From Felis catus (Eukaryota), in assembly GCF_018350175.1 (NCBI RefSeq), contig NC_058369.1, forward strand, positions 8,868,001 to 8,928,000: a stretch of DNA of 60,000 nucleotides. The letters run 5' to 3'. Below, piece after piece: positions 12,031 to 24,978 of this stretch. The notes below the pieces were generated by a model. It was not told the DNA's origin. It ran no database searches and saw only the letters and a program-made list of their open reading frames with translations. A program made the position numbers and the translations under genes. The first letter of the stretch is position 1. Every line of letters begins with the position of its first letter.

Positions 12031-15000
12031 GTTGAACAACTTTATTTAGATCCAATTCACATACTATAACCATAGACCCCTTTAATTTTTACATCTCACC
12101 AGTTTCCAGTACCTACATAGATGCATGCAATCATCACCACAGTTCATTTCAGGACATATTTATCTCTTAAAAAGAAAACTCTATACCCTTTACTTATCAC
12201 TGTCCTATCTTCCTACTCAGCTCCTTCAAGTGCCAGCCCTAGACAACCATTAACTTGTTTCCTGTCTATGTAAAGTTCCATATTTGTTGACTTTCATAGG
12301 AATGGGATTATATAATATGTCGTCATTGTGTTTGACCTCAATCACTCGATATAATTTTCTCAGGGAATGCCGTGTTGCAGAATGTATCAATACTTCATTC
12401 TTTTTAAAAGTTGAGATACAATTGGGGCGCCTGGGTGGCTCAGTCAGTTAAGCGTCCAACTTCAGCTCAGGTCACGATCTCGCGGTCCATGAGTTCGAGC
12501 CCCACGTCGGGCTCTGTGCTGACAGCTCAGAGGCTGAAGCCTGCTTCAGATTCTGTGTCTCCTTCTCCCTCTGCCCCTTCCCCGCTCACACTCTGTCCCC
12601 CTCTCTCTCTCTCTCTCTCTCTCATAAATAAACATCAAAAAAATGTTTTTTTTTAATTTTTCAACGTTTTTTATTTATTTTTGGGACAGAGAGAGACAGA
12701 GCATGAACAGGGGAGGGGCAGAGAGAGAGGGAGACACAGAATCGGAAACAGGCTCCAGGCTCCGAGCCATCAGCCCAGAGCCTGACGCGGGGCTCGAACT
12801 CACGGACCGCGAGATCGTGACCTGGCTGAAGTCGGACGCTTAACCGACTGCGCCACCCAGGCGCCCCCCAAAAAATTTTTTTAATTGAGATACAATTGAC
12901 TTATTATATTAGTGCCAGGCATACAACACAGTGATTTCATATTTGTATATATTGAGAAATGACCACTACCAAAAAGTATAGTTAACATTAATCATCACAT
13001 GTGTAGTTACAATTATTTTTCTGCAATGAGAACATTTAAGATCTACTCTCTCACCAAATTTTAAATCTATAATACAGTACTATGAACTATATTATAGTCA
13101 CCATGCTGTACATTACACCCCCATGACTTATTTATTTTATAATAGGAAGTTTGTACCTTTTGACCACCTTCCCCCATTCTGTGTGCTCTTGGCCATTTGT
13201 AAATCTTTCTTGGAAAATATCTATGCACGTCCCTTGACTTTTCATTTTTAAAATTTTTTAGAGATTTTCATTCTCTTTTTAAAAAAATGTGTTTAAGTTT
13301 ATTTATTTATTTTGAGAGAGACAGAGACCGCTTAAGTGGGGGAGGGACAAAGAGAGAGGGAGAGAGAGAGAATCCCAAGCAGGCTCCCCATTGTCAGCAC
13401 AGAGCCTGATGCAGGGCTCAAGCCCAAGAAATCATGAGATCAAGACTGAGCCACCCAGGCTCCCCAGAGTTTATTTCTTTTCTTTTCTTTTTTAAATTTT
13501 TTTTTCAACGTTTATTTATTTTTGGGACAGAGAGAGACAGAGCATGAACGGGGGAGGGGCAGAGAGAGAGGGAGACACAGAATCGGAAACAGGCTCCAGG
13601 CTCCAAGCCATCAGCCCAGAGCCCGACGTGGGGCTCGAACTCCCGGACCGCGAGATCGTGACCTGGCTGAAGTCGGACGCTTAACCGACTGCGCCACCCA
13701 GGCGCCCCTCCCCAGAGTTTATTTCTATGTAATCTCTACACCCAACATGGGGCTCAAATTCATGACCCTGAGATCAAGAGTTGCATGCTGTACCGATTGA
13801 GCCAGCCAGGTGTTCCTACATCCCTTGACTTTTTACATGTAGATTATTTGAATTGTAGGATTTCTTTATGTATTCTTTTTTACTTTCAACATTTTATTTA
13901 TGGGGGCGCCCGGGTGGCTCAGTCGGTTAAGTGTGCAACTCTTGATTTCGGCTCAGGTCATAACCTCACAGTCATGAGATGAAGCCCCATCTCGGGTCCT
14001 GCACTGGGTTGAAGCCTGCTTCAGATTCTCTCCCTCCCCCCCTCTTCTGCTTGTGTTCTCTCTCAAATATTTTTAATGTAGATTTTACTGCAATTTTATT
14101 TTTTAATGTTTATTTTTTATTTTGAGAGAGAGAGAGAGAGAGCGTGCGTGAGTAGGGGGAAGAGGCAGAGAGAGAGGAGAGAGAGAGAATCCCAAGCAAG
14201 CTTTGTGCCATCAGCATAGAGCCCTACTCAGGGCTAGATCCCATGAACCTCAAGATCATGATCTGAGCCGAAACCAACAACAGTTGGACGCTTAACCGAC
14301 TGAGCCACCAAGGCACCCCTATATATTCTTAATACGAGCACTTTTCAGTTATATTATTTGCAAAAATTTCTTCCTGTGGATTCTGTGTTTAGTTACATTT
14401 TATCCATTACAAATTTTTTTAAATGTTTATTTAGTTTTTGAGAGAGAGACAGACAGAGTGTGAACAGAGGAAGGGCAGAAAGAGAGGAGACACAGAATCT
14501 AAAGCAGGCTCCAGGCTCTGAGCTGTCAGCACAGAGCCCCGTGTGGGGCTCAAACTCACAAACTGTGCATGACCTGAGTGGAAGTCACATGCTGAACCTC
14601 CCGAGCCACCCAGGTACCCCATTTTTTTATCCACTTTTAAGTAGTTTACTAGTGTGAACTACCCTGACTGTGAAACCAGTCTCCAGAACTTGCAAATGAT
14701 CTCGCAAAACTGAAACTGTATATATATTAAACAACAAATCCCCATTGTCCTGTGCCCCAAACCCCTGACAGCTACCATACTTTGCTCCGACTCTACGAAT
14801 TTGATTAGGCACTTCATCTAAGTGGAATAATACAGTTTTTCTGTCTTTTTTTTTGACTGGCATGTTTCGCCTAGCATAATGTCCTCAAGGTTCACCCATG
14901 CTGTAGCATGTGTCAGAATTTCATTTCTTTAAAAAAAATTTTTTTTAACATTTATTCATTTTTGAGAGGCAGAGCAGGCGTGGGGGAGGGGCAGAGAGAG

Positions 15001-15690
15001 AAGAGACACGGAACCCGAAGCAGCTTCCAGGCTCTGAGCTGTCAGCACAGCTCTGGGCATCCATCGTCACAGGGCTTGAACTCACAGACTGCAAGATCGT
15101 GACCTGAGCCAAAGTCGGATGCTTAACCGACCGAGCCACCCAGGCGCCCCCATTTCTTTTTAAAGCTGAATAATATTCTGCTTGTATGTGTATACCAAGT
15201 TTTGTTGATCCATTCGTCTGTTGATGGACGCTTGGGTTTCTTCCACCTTAAGGCCACTGTAAATCATGCTCCTGTGAACACAGATGAACAAATATCTGTT
15301 TGCGTCCATATTTTGAATTCTTTTGGTTATCCACTCAAAGTGGAATTGTTGGATCATACAATAACACTCTGTAATTTTTTATTTATTTATTTTTTTTTCC
15401 TCAACGTTTATTTATTTTTTGGGGGACAGAGAGAGACAGAGCATGAACGGGGGAGGGGCAGAGAGAGAGGGAGACACAGAATCGGAAACAGGCTCCAGGC
15501 TCCGAGCCATCAGCCCAGAGCCTGATGCGGGGCTCGAACTCCCGGACCGCGAGATTGTGACCTGGCTGAAGTCGGACGCTTAACCGACTGCGCCACCCAG
15601 GCTCCCCTGTAATTTTTTTAAAAACTACCATACTGTTTTCCACAATGGCGGCATGCATTTATATTCCTACCAGAAGTGCATAAGTAGATG
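12030..15690 (-). mobile_element. Patchwork of older LINE-1 3' fragments heavily interrupted by SINEs
   Basis: Antisense L1 3' UTR-type text (GTCCTCAAGGTTCACCCATGCTGTAGCATG; GCTGAATAATATTC; ATAGTCACCATGCTGTACATTAC). Confidence 0.6.
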
Positions 15691-15954
15691 GGGTGCATGG
15701 GTGGTTCAGTTGGTTAAGCGTTGGACTTCAGCTCAGGTTGTGATCTCCTGGGTCACAAGTTTGAGCCCCATATAGGGCTCTTTGCTGAAGGCTTGGAGCC
15801 TAGAGTCTGCTTCAGTTTCTGTGTCTCCTTAACTCTCTGCCCCTCCCTCGCTTTCTTGTTTTTTTTTTCTCTCTCATTCCCTCTCTCTCTCCCAAAAATA
15901 AACATTAAAAAAAAGAAAATGAGGAGAACACTTCACACTCATTTTGTGACCCCA

Positions 15955-18000
15955 CAAACCTGATCCAGCAATATGTAAAATTCTGTACCATGACCAAGTA
16001 GGATATATTCCAGGGATGAAAGCTTGGGTTAATATCTCAAAATCCATTAGGGTAATAATGATATCAACAGAGTAAAATGCAAAATGGCAAGATCTCATTA
16101 GCCTCAGAGAAAATAAGTGGCAAAATGCAATACGCTTTTATGATTAAAGCACTCAGCATACCGGGGCGCCTGGGTGGCTCAGTCGGTTGAGCGTCCGACT
16201 TCGGCTCAGGTCACAATCTCACCGTCCCTGAGTTCGAGCCCCGCATCCGGCTCTGGGCTGATGGCTCAGAGCCTGGAGCCTGCTTCCGATCCTGTGTCTC
16301 CCTCTCTCTCTGCCCCTCCCCCATTCATGCTCTGTCTCTCTCTGTCTCAAAAATAAATAAACATTTTTTTTAATTAAAAAAAAAAGCACTCAGCATACCA
16401 GGAATAGAAGGAAGTTAACTAGCCTCGTTATGAACATCTGTGAAAACCCCAAACTAAAATTATTTTTGGTGGTGAAAGACTGGATGCTTTCCCCTGAAGT
16501 AAGGAACAAAACAAGGATATCTGTTCTTGCCACTTATATTTGGGGGTGTACTGGCCATATTAGCCAAAGCTGTTATCCATAAAAAGACAAAACGCATTAA
16601 GATTGGTTAGGAAGATGTAATGGCATCTCTACCTCCCACTGAGATACCTTATCTTTAGAAAAGTCTAAAAAATATATATATATTAAAAAAAAAACCTCCT
16701 AAAACTGATCACTGAGTTCAGCAAATTGCTTGGATACAAGATCAATATGTAAAAATCAATTGTAGTGTTATACACTTGTAAGGAACAATCTGATAATGAA
16801 ATTAGGAAAGGCATTTACAATGAAACCAAAAGGAATAAAATATTTAGGGATAATTTAGCACAAGAAGTACACAGTGAATACTCAAAAAGCTATAAAACGT
16901 GGGGGAAAGACATCAATAAACGTGTAAATGAATGGGAAAGTGGATCAGAATACTTAACATTTCGAAATGGCACTCGCCCCCAAAATGGTCTAGAGACTCA
17001 ACACCATACCTGTCACGATCCCACTTCATTCCTTTATATAAATTGGCAACCTGGTTTTTAAAATTATATGGAGTTGCGAGGGAACCAGAATAACCAAAGC
17101 AGTGTCGATAAAGAAAAGCAAAATGGTAGGGCTAACATTTCTTAAGGTCACAACTTTGAGATATGCAGTAGTAATCAAGAGAGTGTGATACTGACATAAG
17201 GGTAGACCTATAGATCTGTGGAATAGATTTAGATTTGAGAAATAAGCCTATACATCTATAGTCAACTGACTTCTTGTGGGGGGTGGCGGAAGCCAAGAAT
17301 AGGGCAAGAATAGTCTTCTCATAAATTTGTGCTAAGCCAAGGGGCGCCTGGGTGGTGCAGTCGGTTAAGCGTCCGACTTCAGCCAGGTCACGATCTCGCG
17401 GTCCGTGAGTTCGAGCCCCGCGTCGGGCTCTGGGCTGATGGCTCAGAGCCTGGAGCCTGTTTCCGATTCTGTGTCTCCCTCTCTCTCTGCCCCTCCCCCA
17501 TTCATGCTCTGTCTCTCTCTGTCCCAAAAACAAATAAACGTTGAAAAAAAAATTAAAAAAAAAAAAATTTGTGCTAAGCCAACTGGATAGCCGTAAGCAA
17601 AAGAAAGAGGTTTTATTCTTACAGGACGTCACATACAATACTTTACCAGAAAGGATAAAGACCTAAATGGAAACGATAACACACTTACATAAACATAGGA
17701 AACCATTCTAGACTTGTACTTGGCAAAGAATTCGTAGATAAGACACCGAGGGCAAGAATGGAAAAAAACAATAGACTTCATCATATTTGGACTTCATCAA
17801 ATTAGTGGCTTTTGTCCTTAAATGACACTATCAGGAAAACGAAAATACTCTTTGAAACCCTTGTTGTACTATTGCTGAAATATAAAATCGTGTTGATGGT
17901 ATATAAAACAACAATTCCTCAAAAAACCACAAACTGAATTATCCTCTGATCTACCAATTCTATTTTGGGAATTGAAGGAGAATTCAAAGCAGTGATTCCA
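15955..18000 (+). mobile_element. LINE-1 ORF2 (RT to C-terminus) decayed fragment
   Basis: CATGACCAAGTAGGATATATTCCAGGGATG encodes [10 protein letters not shown] (L1 RT motif HDQVGFIPGM); GGATACAAGATCAAT encodes GYKIN. Confidence 0.8.
17341..17564 (+). mobile_element. Young felid SINE inserted in L1
   Basis: Perfect 18-bp TSD AAATTTGTGCTAAGCCAA (17323-17340 and 17565-17582). Confidence 0.9.
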
Positions 18001-18034
18001 ACAGTCTTACTCAGGTCATTGACCTGAGTCACAT

Positions 18035-19102
18035 GCCTCTATGTCCCCTGGAGTTGCTTGGGACCACCATTATATGTTGTTGTTGTTGAATTTTTTTTAA
18101 TGTTTATTTATTTTTGAGAGTGAGACAGAGCATGAGTGGGGGAGGAGGAGACAGAGAGAGGGAGACACAGAATCCAGGGCAGGCTCCAGGCTCTGAGCTG
18201 TCAGCACAGAGCCTGACATGGGGCTCAAACCCATGGACTGTGAGATCATGACCTGAGCTGAAGTCAGACGCTTAACGACTGAGCCACCCAGGCGTCCCAG
18301 GACCACCATTATATGCTATACGACACAAACCAACATCACTCAAACTCAGTGTTTGCACAAAATCACTCAAACTCCGTGTTTATGTGGTAAGGAGGGAAGA
18401 AACTGTAATGCATATTTACTAGTTCAAGCAGAAAATCCCAAATATCTATTCCTTTGGGGGGAAAGAAAGATGTCAACTAATTATTGTTTTCATGGCAAGA
18501 CATTGTTTTGCAAATAATCAGTCCTGCTTGGATACTTCCTCTCTGCCAGTCTAAGCAGATTTGAAATCACCCAAAATTAAAGAGCAGGCCTCAGAAACTT
18601 ACAATGCATTCCCAGGGGAAGAAAAAGTGAAATCAAAATTATTAACAAATGGGATGTAATACTGGAATATCTGATTTTTTCCTGAAACTTACCACTTTCT
18701 TACCTCCTTGGAAATATTTGGTACTTTCTTTCAAGCTCAACTAATTAAATAAATTTTACCCTATTGGAAAAAGAGAAATAAACGAGTACATCATTTTAAG
18801 GTGCCCAAACCCAGCACGGGTCAGTGCCAACAGGACAGATCACCCAGAAATTTTCAAAGGGGAAACTCTACTAAAAGCCTTCACATAGGACGTTCGTGCC
18901 CAGGAAATATACTTAGCAGAGAGGCACGTGGGTTTTATACAGGATATTCCAGGTTGTTTTTCTGTGCAATTAAAACTTTGAGTCTGTTTGAAATACACCG
19001 TGGAGGACAAATAGTTGAAAATAATGTGAATCGGAGAGAGGAAGATGACATTTGGTAATGAAGGAGTGATCTCAAAATTTAGGCATTTATTCCAGTTCTG
19101 AG
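18035..19102 (-). pseudogene. Relic D: promoter-less fourth copy of the proximal intron-1 segment
   Basis: Aligns by eye to 7180-8955 (e.g. ATCACTCAAAC(C/T)C(A/C)GTGTTTATGTGG; CATAGGA..GTGCCCAGGAAA). Stops just before the CpG-rich exon-1 region and is CpG-depleted. Confidence 0.7.
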
Positions 19103-19869
19103 ATGGACTTCCCAATGTCACGGTAATTCTCACTACTGAGCTATATGCCTAAAATAGAAATTTTATAGAATGTGTATGCTACCACAATTAAAAGTACAAA
19201 TTTAAAAAAATTTTAATGTTTATTTATTTTTGAGAGAGAGAGAGAGAGAGAGCAAGAGCGGGGGAGGAGCAGAGAGCAAGGGAGACACAGAATCCGAAGC
19301 AGGCTCGTCAGCACAGAGCCTGACGTGAGTCTTGACCTCATGAGCGGTGAGATCGTGACCTGAGCCGAAGTTGGTCGCTTAACCGACTGAGCCACCCAGG
19401 CGCCCCTAAAAGTATAAATTTTAAAGCAAAAAACTCAAACGCTTGAGAAGGCATGGAGTTCTCTAGCTGAAGTACCACATACACGCAGGTGGAGAAGGGA
19501 CGGGTAGAAGCCTCAATGTTGTCAACGGTTAAAGATCATGGAACCAGTCTTTATTGCATATGGTGAGGTCATTTTTTTAAAAATTTATTTATCTATTTTG
19601 GGAGAGAGCTAGTGGGAGGAGGAGAGAGAGAGAGGGAGAAAGAGAAAATCCCCAAATCCACACTGTCAGTGCAGTGCCACAGAGATGACACCGATCTCAA
19701 ACTCAGGAACCTCGAGATCATGACCTGAGCCAAGATCAAGAGTCTGATGCTTAACCGACTGAGCCACGAAGGCGCCCCGTGAGGTCATTTTTATGATTTG
19801 ATTTGATTTGATTTTTCCCCCATGAGGTCATTTTTAAAGTGTTTTTGCAAACAAGGGTCACAGGTCCAT

Positions 19870-20760
19870 GAGTGGTTTCGCGGCCTCATGCCAATGCCCC
19901 CGACCCAGGGAGGACCTCAGACCCTGTGTGTGAACCCCGCCTGGCCTGGCCCCTCTTCCCCCGAACAAGGGAGTCGCTCCACCGGAACGGACTCTGGACG
20001 CCTGTGTCCCCACGTTTACAAGGAGCTGCAGGAAGACGCCACGGTCCCCCTAGGGCCAGGACCAAGTTTTGTTTAAAAGCAAACGTCCCAGGAGGGGACA
20101 GCTTCCCGACCACCTAGAAGACTGGTTTTCGCAAGCAAGCGGACCGGCTGCCCTGCTGTCACTCAGGAGCGGAGGGGCGGGTCCTTGCGAGCGGTCCAAT
20201 CAGGGCCGCGGCAGGGGCAGGTGGGTGTGGCGACGCCCCGCAGCCCCCTGGAAGCTCGAGGCCTGGCTCCGGTTCGCTTCTCACCTGCGCTTAAAAGGTC
20301 CCAGGTGGCTCTGCCGCAGCGTTAATCGCGCAGTGACCTGCACCTGCCGCGGGAGCAGCGGGCACGACGCCGGGCGACCCGAGAAGCCGGGAGATGGTGA
20401 GTGTGCGGGGCCGGGTGTGCCAGGACGGGGCGGAGTCCCCGAGTCCCCCGAGTCCCCGGTGGCGCCGCTCCGACCTCAGTCCCCCTCCGCGCGCGGCCTG
20501 CGGGCCGTGCGGGCAGCCGGGACCCCGCGGCGTCCTGTCCCGTCACTGCGCGCGGCCGCGTCTCTCCCGATCCGTGCGGTGACCACGGGGGGAGGGGGGG
20601 GGAGTCGTCAGGGGACAGTCGTGACTCCGTCTCCGGGATTCGTACGCGGGAGGTGCTGTGGTCTGTGGGGTCCCCAGCCCTTCCTGTCTCCCCAGGGGCG
20701 CCCGTTTTCTCCGGAGTGTTGCAGATGTTGGGGAAACAGACTCTCAAATCCACGACCCTT
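19870..20760 (+). promoter_or_regulatory. CpG-island promoter of module B
   Basis: CpG-dense. CTGTCACTCA (20156-20165, reverse complement TGAGTGACAG), GC box GGAGGGGCGG (20171-20180), CCAAT (20196-20200). Confidence 0.8.
20394..20396 (+). CDS. Start codon at the end of an ATG-only first exon (module B)
   Basis: GAAGCCGGGAG-ATG|GTGAGTGTGCGGGGCCGG: consensus donor directly after the ATG, the first-exon end typical of 19p13.2-type KRAB-ZNF genes (recalled). No downstream coding exon found before module C. Confidence 0.6.
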
Positions 20761-23170
20761 TCCCCAGCCTAGCTCTTCCTAAGGCCAGCAATAAATCCCT
20801 GACTTTCCAGATCCTACCCCGCCTCCCCAGACGCCAACTTCCCCTCTCCAGTTCACAGCATCAGTACCAACTATGTGTCCTCCGGGGTGCATTTCAAACT
20901 GACGCGGCGTACACATTATATGGATGGGCCATTTGAAACGCTTGTGATTTTTCTCTGGATGTTTTTACACGAGAGGGAAGCAGACAGTAAGCACCTGGAG
21001 CTACGTTTTAGGAACTCCTGTGCCCCTCCCCCCAGGACCTTTCCTGGGCACAGGCATGTTGCGCGAAATCCTTTGGGTGGGCGTTCCTCTCTGAGACTTT
21101 CCTGGGTGATCTGCCCTGTGAGCACTGCCCATCCCTAGGTTTGTCACCTTGATAACACTCAGTCACTTTTTTTTGGTTTCCAGTTTTCAATTAAATGTAA
21201 AATGTATTTAAGTGATAGATTGAGAAAGACCATATTAAATATTTCCAAAGAGGGAAGACAAAGGTGAATTTCAGCTGTATATACATATGTATATACATAT
21301 ATATACACGTATATATGTGTGTAGTATCACATTGCATGTGTTGACATTTCTTGTTTCTCGTTTTTCTTCCCGAGACGTTGCAGTAATATTCTGAGGTCTG
21401 TTGCCGTTTAAAAAAAATTTTTTTTAAATGTTTATTTCTGAGACAGAGCATGAGTGGGGGAGGGGCACAGAGAGAGGGAGACACAGAATCCCAAGCAGGC
21501 TCCAGGCTCCGAGCTGTCAGCACAGAGCCGGACGCGGGGGTCGAACTCACAAACCGTGAGATCATGGCCTGAGCCGAAGTCGGGGTCGCTCAACCGGCTG
21601 GGCCACCCAGGTGCCCCGCTGTTGTTTTTTGTTGTTGTTATTTTGTTTTTTGGTGAGGGGGAAGGAGAGCAATTTCAACTATAATTCCAGCACTTTGAGC
21701 ATTCAAGTCCGATTGTTTATAGGACAATTTCTTGCCATGGAAGTAATGTTTACTATCCTTATTTTATGAAAGTAATACTTATGGATTTTCTTGTTGAACT
21801 AGAAAAATGCCTTACAAGTTTCTCCATCTTTCCTACATAAAATTGGGTTTGTGTGATCTTCCTAGATTCTTCATATACTGGGTTTGTGTCATTAAAAATA
21901 CTACTATAGGGGCGCCTGGGGGGCTCAGTCGGTTGAGCGTCCGACTTCAGCTCAGGTCACGATCTCGCGGTCCGGGAGTTCGAGCCCCGCGTCGGGCTCT
22001 GGGCTGACGGCTCAGAGCCTGGAGCCTGCTTCCGATTCTGTGTCTCCCTCTCTCTCTGCCCCTCCCCCGTTCATGCTGTCTCTCTCTGTCCCCAAAATAA
22101 ATAAACATTAAAAAAAATTTTTTTTTAATACCACTATAGTCCGGGACACCTGGGTGGCTCAGTCGGTTGGGCGGCCGACTTCGGCTCAGGTCAAGATCTC
22201 GCGGTCTGTGAGTTCGAGCCCCGCGTCGGGCTCTGTGCTGACTGCTCAGAGCCTGGAGCCTGTTTCAGATTCTGTGTCTCCCTCTCTCTGACCCTCCCCC
22301 GTTCATGCTCTGTCTCTCTCTGTCTCAAAAATAAATAAACGTTAAAAAAAAAAATTAAAAAAAAAATAAAAATAAATACCACTATAGTCCAAAGCAATGT
22401 GACAGAAGGCTATGGCTGGCCACCTAAGCTAGGCTCCCCGCCCCCTTCCTCACAGAGTCTGCAAAGGGAAATACCTTCAAGGCCCAGCTGGTTCTTCCTG
22501 AGGAGCCTCTGCAGGTGTTTTTACCTGCTCACACCCACCTCGGAAGGAGGCTTGTCTTTCTTTTTTAAATGTTTATTTTTGAGAGAGAGAGAGAGAGACA
22601 GTGCAAGTGGGGAAGAACAGAGAGAGAGGGAGACACAGAATCCGAAGCAGGCTCCAGGCTCTAGGCTCTGAGCTGTCAGCACAGAGCCCGATGCGGGGCT
22701 CAAACCCATGAACTGTGAGATCGTGACCTGAGCTGAAGTCGGACGCTCAACGTACTGAGCCACCCAGGTGCCCCCAGAAAGAGCCTTTATATGGAGAGAC
22801 GCTACAGAGCCTGGAAAGCTGGGGATGCTTGTGCACAAAGGGGTGGGGAGGAGGTGCCCTTTCTAGGTAAGTGTGGATCCCTTGGTCCTGTGTCTAGACC
22901 CAGGTTGGAGTTTTGCATCCACATGTAAGTGCACAGAGTGTCATTTGTTTGTATTGAGAAAGCCTGTGAAAGTCAGGAGGTCTGTGTCCGGGCTAGGGCT
23001 CGTGAATTTGGGAGTTCATTTGGGTAACAACCTACAAGTGAATCCTGCTGAGAGTTTCCTCACTTGGAGAACAGCAGCCTTAGGGAGAGAGGGGTTCCAC
23101 TAGGCCCCGGGGGAGGGAGGGAGTTCAGGGGTCCCAGGGTTCATTCCTGTGGCTGCTCAGGTATCCTTCC

Positions 23171-23171
<1 letters not shown>

Positions 23172-23202
<31 letters not shown>
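23172..23202. repeat. C31 homopolymer
   Basis: 31 consecutive C. Confidence 0.9.
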
Positions 23203-23203
<1 letters not shown>

Positions 23204-24217
23204 CCCCACTCCCTACCTTAGCAGGGATCTTCCAACTCCGGGGATTCTGTCTCCACTGGAAGTGTCTGGAGTGTGTTTTAAAACTCTCTGTGACTTTCCT
23301 TCTGTCCTGTGAGGAGCTGGCTGCTCGTCTGTGCTGAGCTCAATATTTATGTTTCTTTTCTCCGAATTCCGTTAATGGATTGAGTATTGCAGTCCTTTGC
23401 TTCTAGTTTCCCTTAGCACTTTAATTCTGCTGCCTGTGGGAGAAATAACATTTTTGTTTGTTTGTTTGTTTGTTTCTCGGGCTTGAAAATGTAAGTTGAT
23501 TGAGAGAGATGAAGGCAGTAAGACAGGAAAACTGCAGAACTAAATAGAACTTTTTGTTCCTTTTAGGCAAAGGTTTGAGATGAATGGGCTTGAGCTTTCC
23601 GGTACAATTTTTCATTTTTACATCAGTGTTTACGCATGTCCTTAGGGGACAGTGGCATTTAAAAGGGTAAAGGGGATGCCTGGGTGGCTCAGACTCTTGT
23701 TCGGCTCAGGTCATGATCTCACAGTTGATGGGATCGAGCCCTAGGTCATTGGGCTCTGCCCTGACAGCACAGAGCCTGCCTGGGATCATCTCTCTCTCTC
23801 TCTCTCTGCCCCTCTGCCCTCTTCATGCGCTGTCTGTCTCTGTCCCCCTCTCGGTCTCCAAATAAATAAATAAATAAATAAAAAGGTAAAGAAAGTGAAT
23901 TCTTATTTTAATTGATGTGAGGAAAGCTACTTATAGCTTATGTAAGTCTTTGAAAATCCAATGCATTTAAGGACCTAAATTCCAACACCTGTCGCATTAG
24001 AATATACTACTTATTCCTGGAAATAACCCCAGTGTTGAACTAAGGGAAGGACAAACTATGATGCCACATGTCCTTCTACTTAGAGATTTAGGGGTGCCTG
24101 GGTGGCTCAGATGGTTAAGCGTCCCACTCTCGATTTTGGCTCAGGTCATGATCTCCGGTTCGTGAGTTTGAGCCCTGAATCAGGCTCTGTGCTGACAGCG
24201 AGGAGCCTGCTTGAGAT

Positions 24218-24232
24218 TCTCTCCCTCTCTCC

Positions 24233-24291
<59 letters not shown>

Positions 24292-24508
24292 CCTCTCTCC
24301 CTCCCTCCCTCTCTCCCTCCCTCCCTCTCCCTCTCCCTCTCCCTCTCCCTCTCCCTCTCCCTCTCCCTCTCCCTCTCCCTCTCCCTCTCCCTCTCCCCCT
24401 CCCCCTCCCCCTCCCCCTCCCCCCTCTCCCCCTCTCTCCCTCCCCCTCCCCCTCCCCCTCCCCTCCCTCCCCCCTCCCTCCCCCCTCCCTACCCCCTCCC
24501 TCCCTCTC
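24218..24508. repeat. Expanded polypyrimidine tract (CT)n/(CTCTCC)n/(CCCCCT)n inside a SINE
   Basis: About 290 bp of almost pure C/T. Confidence 0.9.
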
Positions 24509-24978
24509 AAAATAAACACTTAAAAGAATTAAAAAGAAAAAGATTTGAAAATATTCATTTTTTTATGGTTTCACTTTTGTAACTGGGTTTAAAGGAATTC
24601 AATCTGGGGCACCTAGCTGGCTCACCTGGTGGAGCGTGCGACTCTTGATCTCAAGGTTGTGGGTTCGAGCCCTATGTTGGGTATAGAGATTACTTAAAAA
24701 TAAAACCTTTAAAAAAGAAGGGAATTAAATCTTAGAATGGTTTCCTATGTACAAAAGTTAAAATTGAATAAAGACTGCTAACTAGTAAAACACAGTGTCT
24801 ACCAACGTCTATTTTAAGTATATCCGTGAGATAGAAAGTTTAACATAAGAAAACTCACTGTCCAAACATCCTGCTCCCCTCCAGTGCTGTGACTCCAGCC
24901 ATCTCCAAATACACACTGTCAATCATTTCATGAACTTCCTGTTGGTGTTAGTTTTTTATATAGAAATAAGCCACTTTT

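Noticed and set aside
20069..20782. 237-aa ORF across promoter B (and the 248-aa ORF 40274-41020 across promoter C)
   Set aside because: Stop-poor GC-rich CpG-island sequence; frames are not conserved between paralogs and show no domain similarity.
24102..24582. Pro/Leu/Ser- or Gly/Glu-rich ORFs
   Set aside because: Translations of the polypyrimidine microsatellite.
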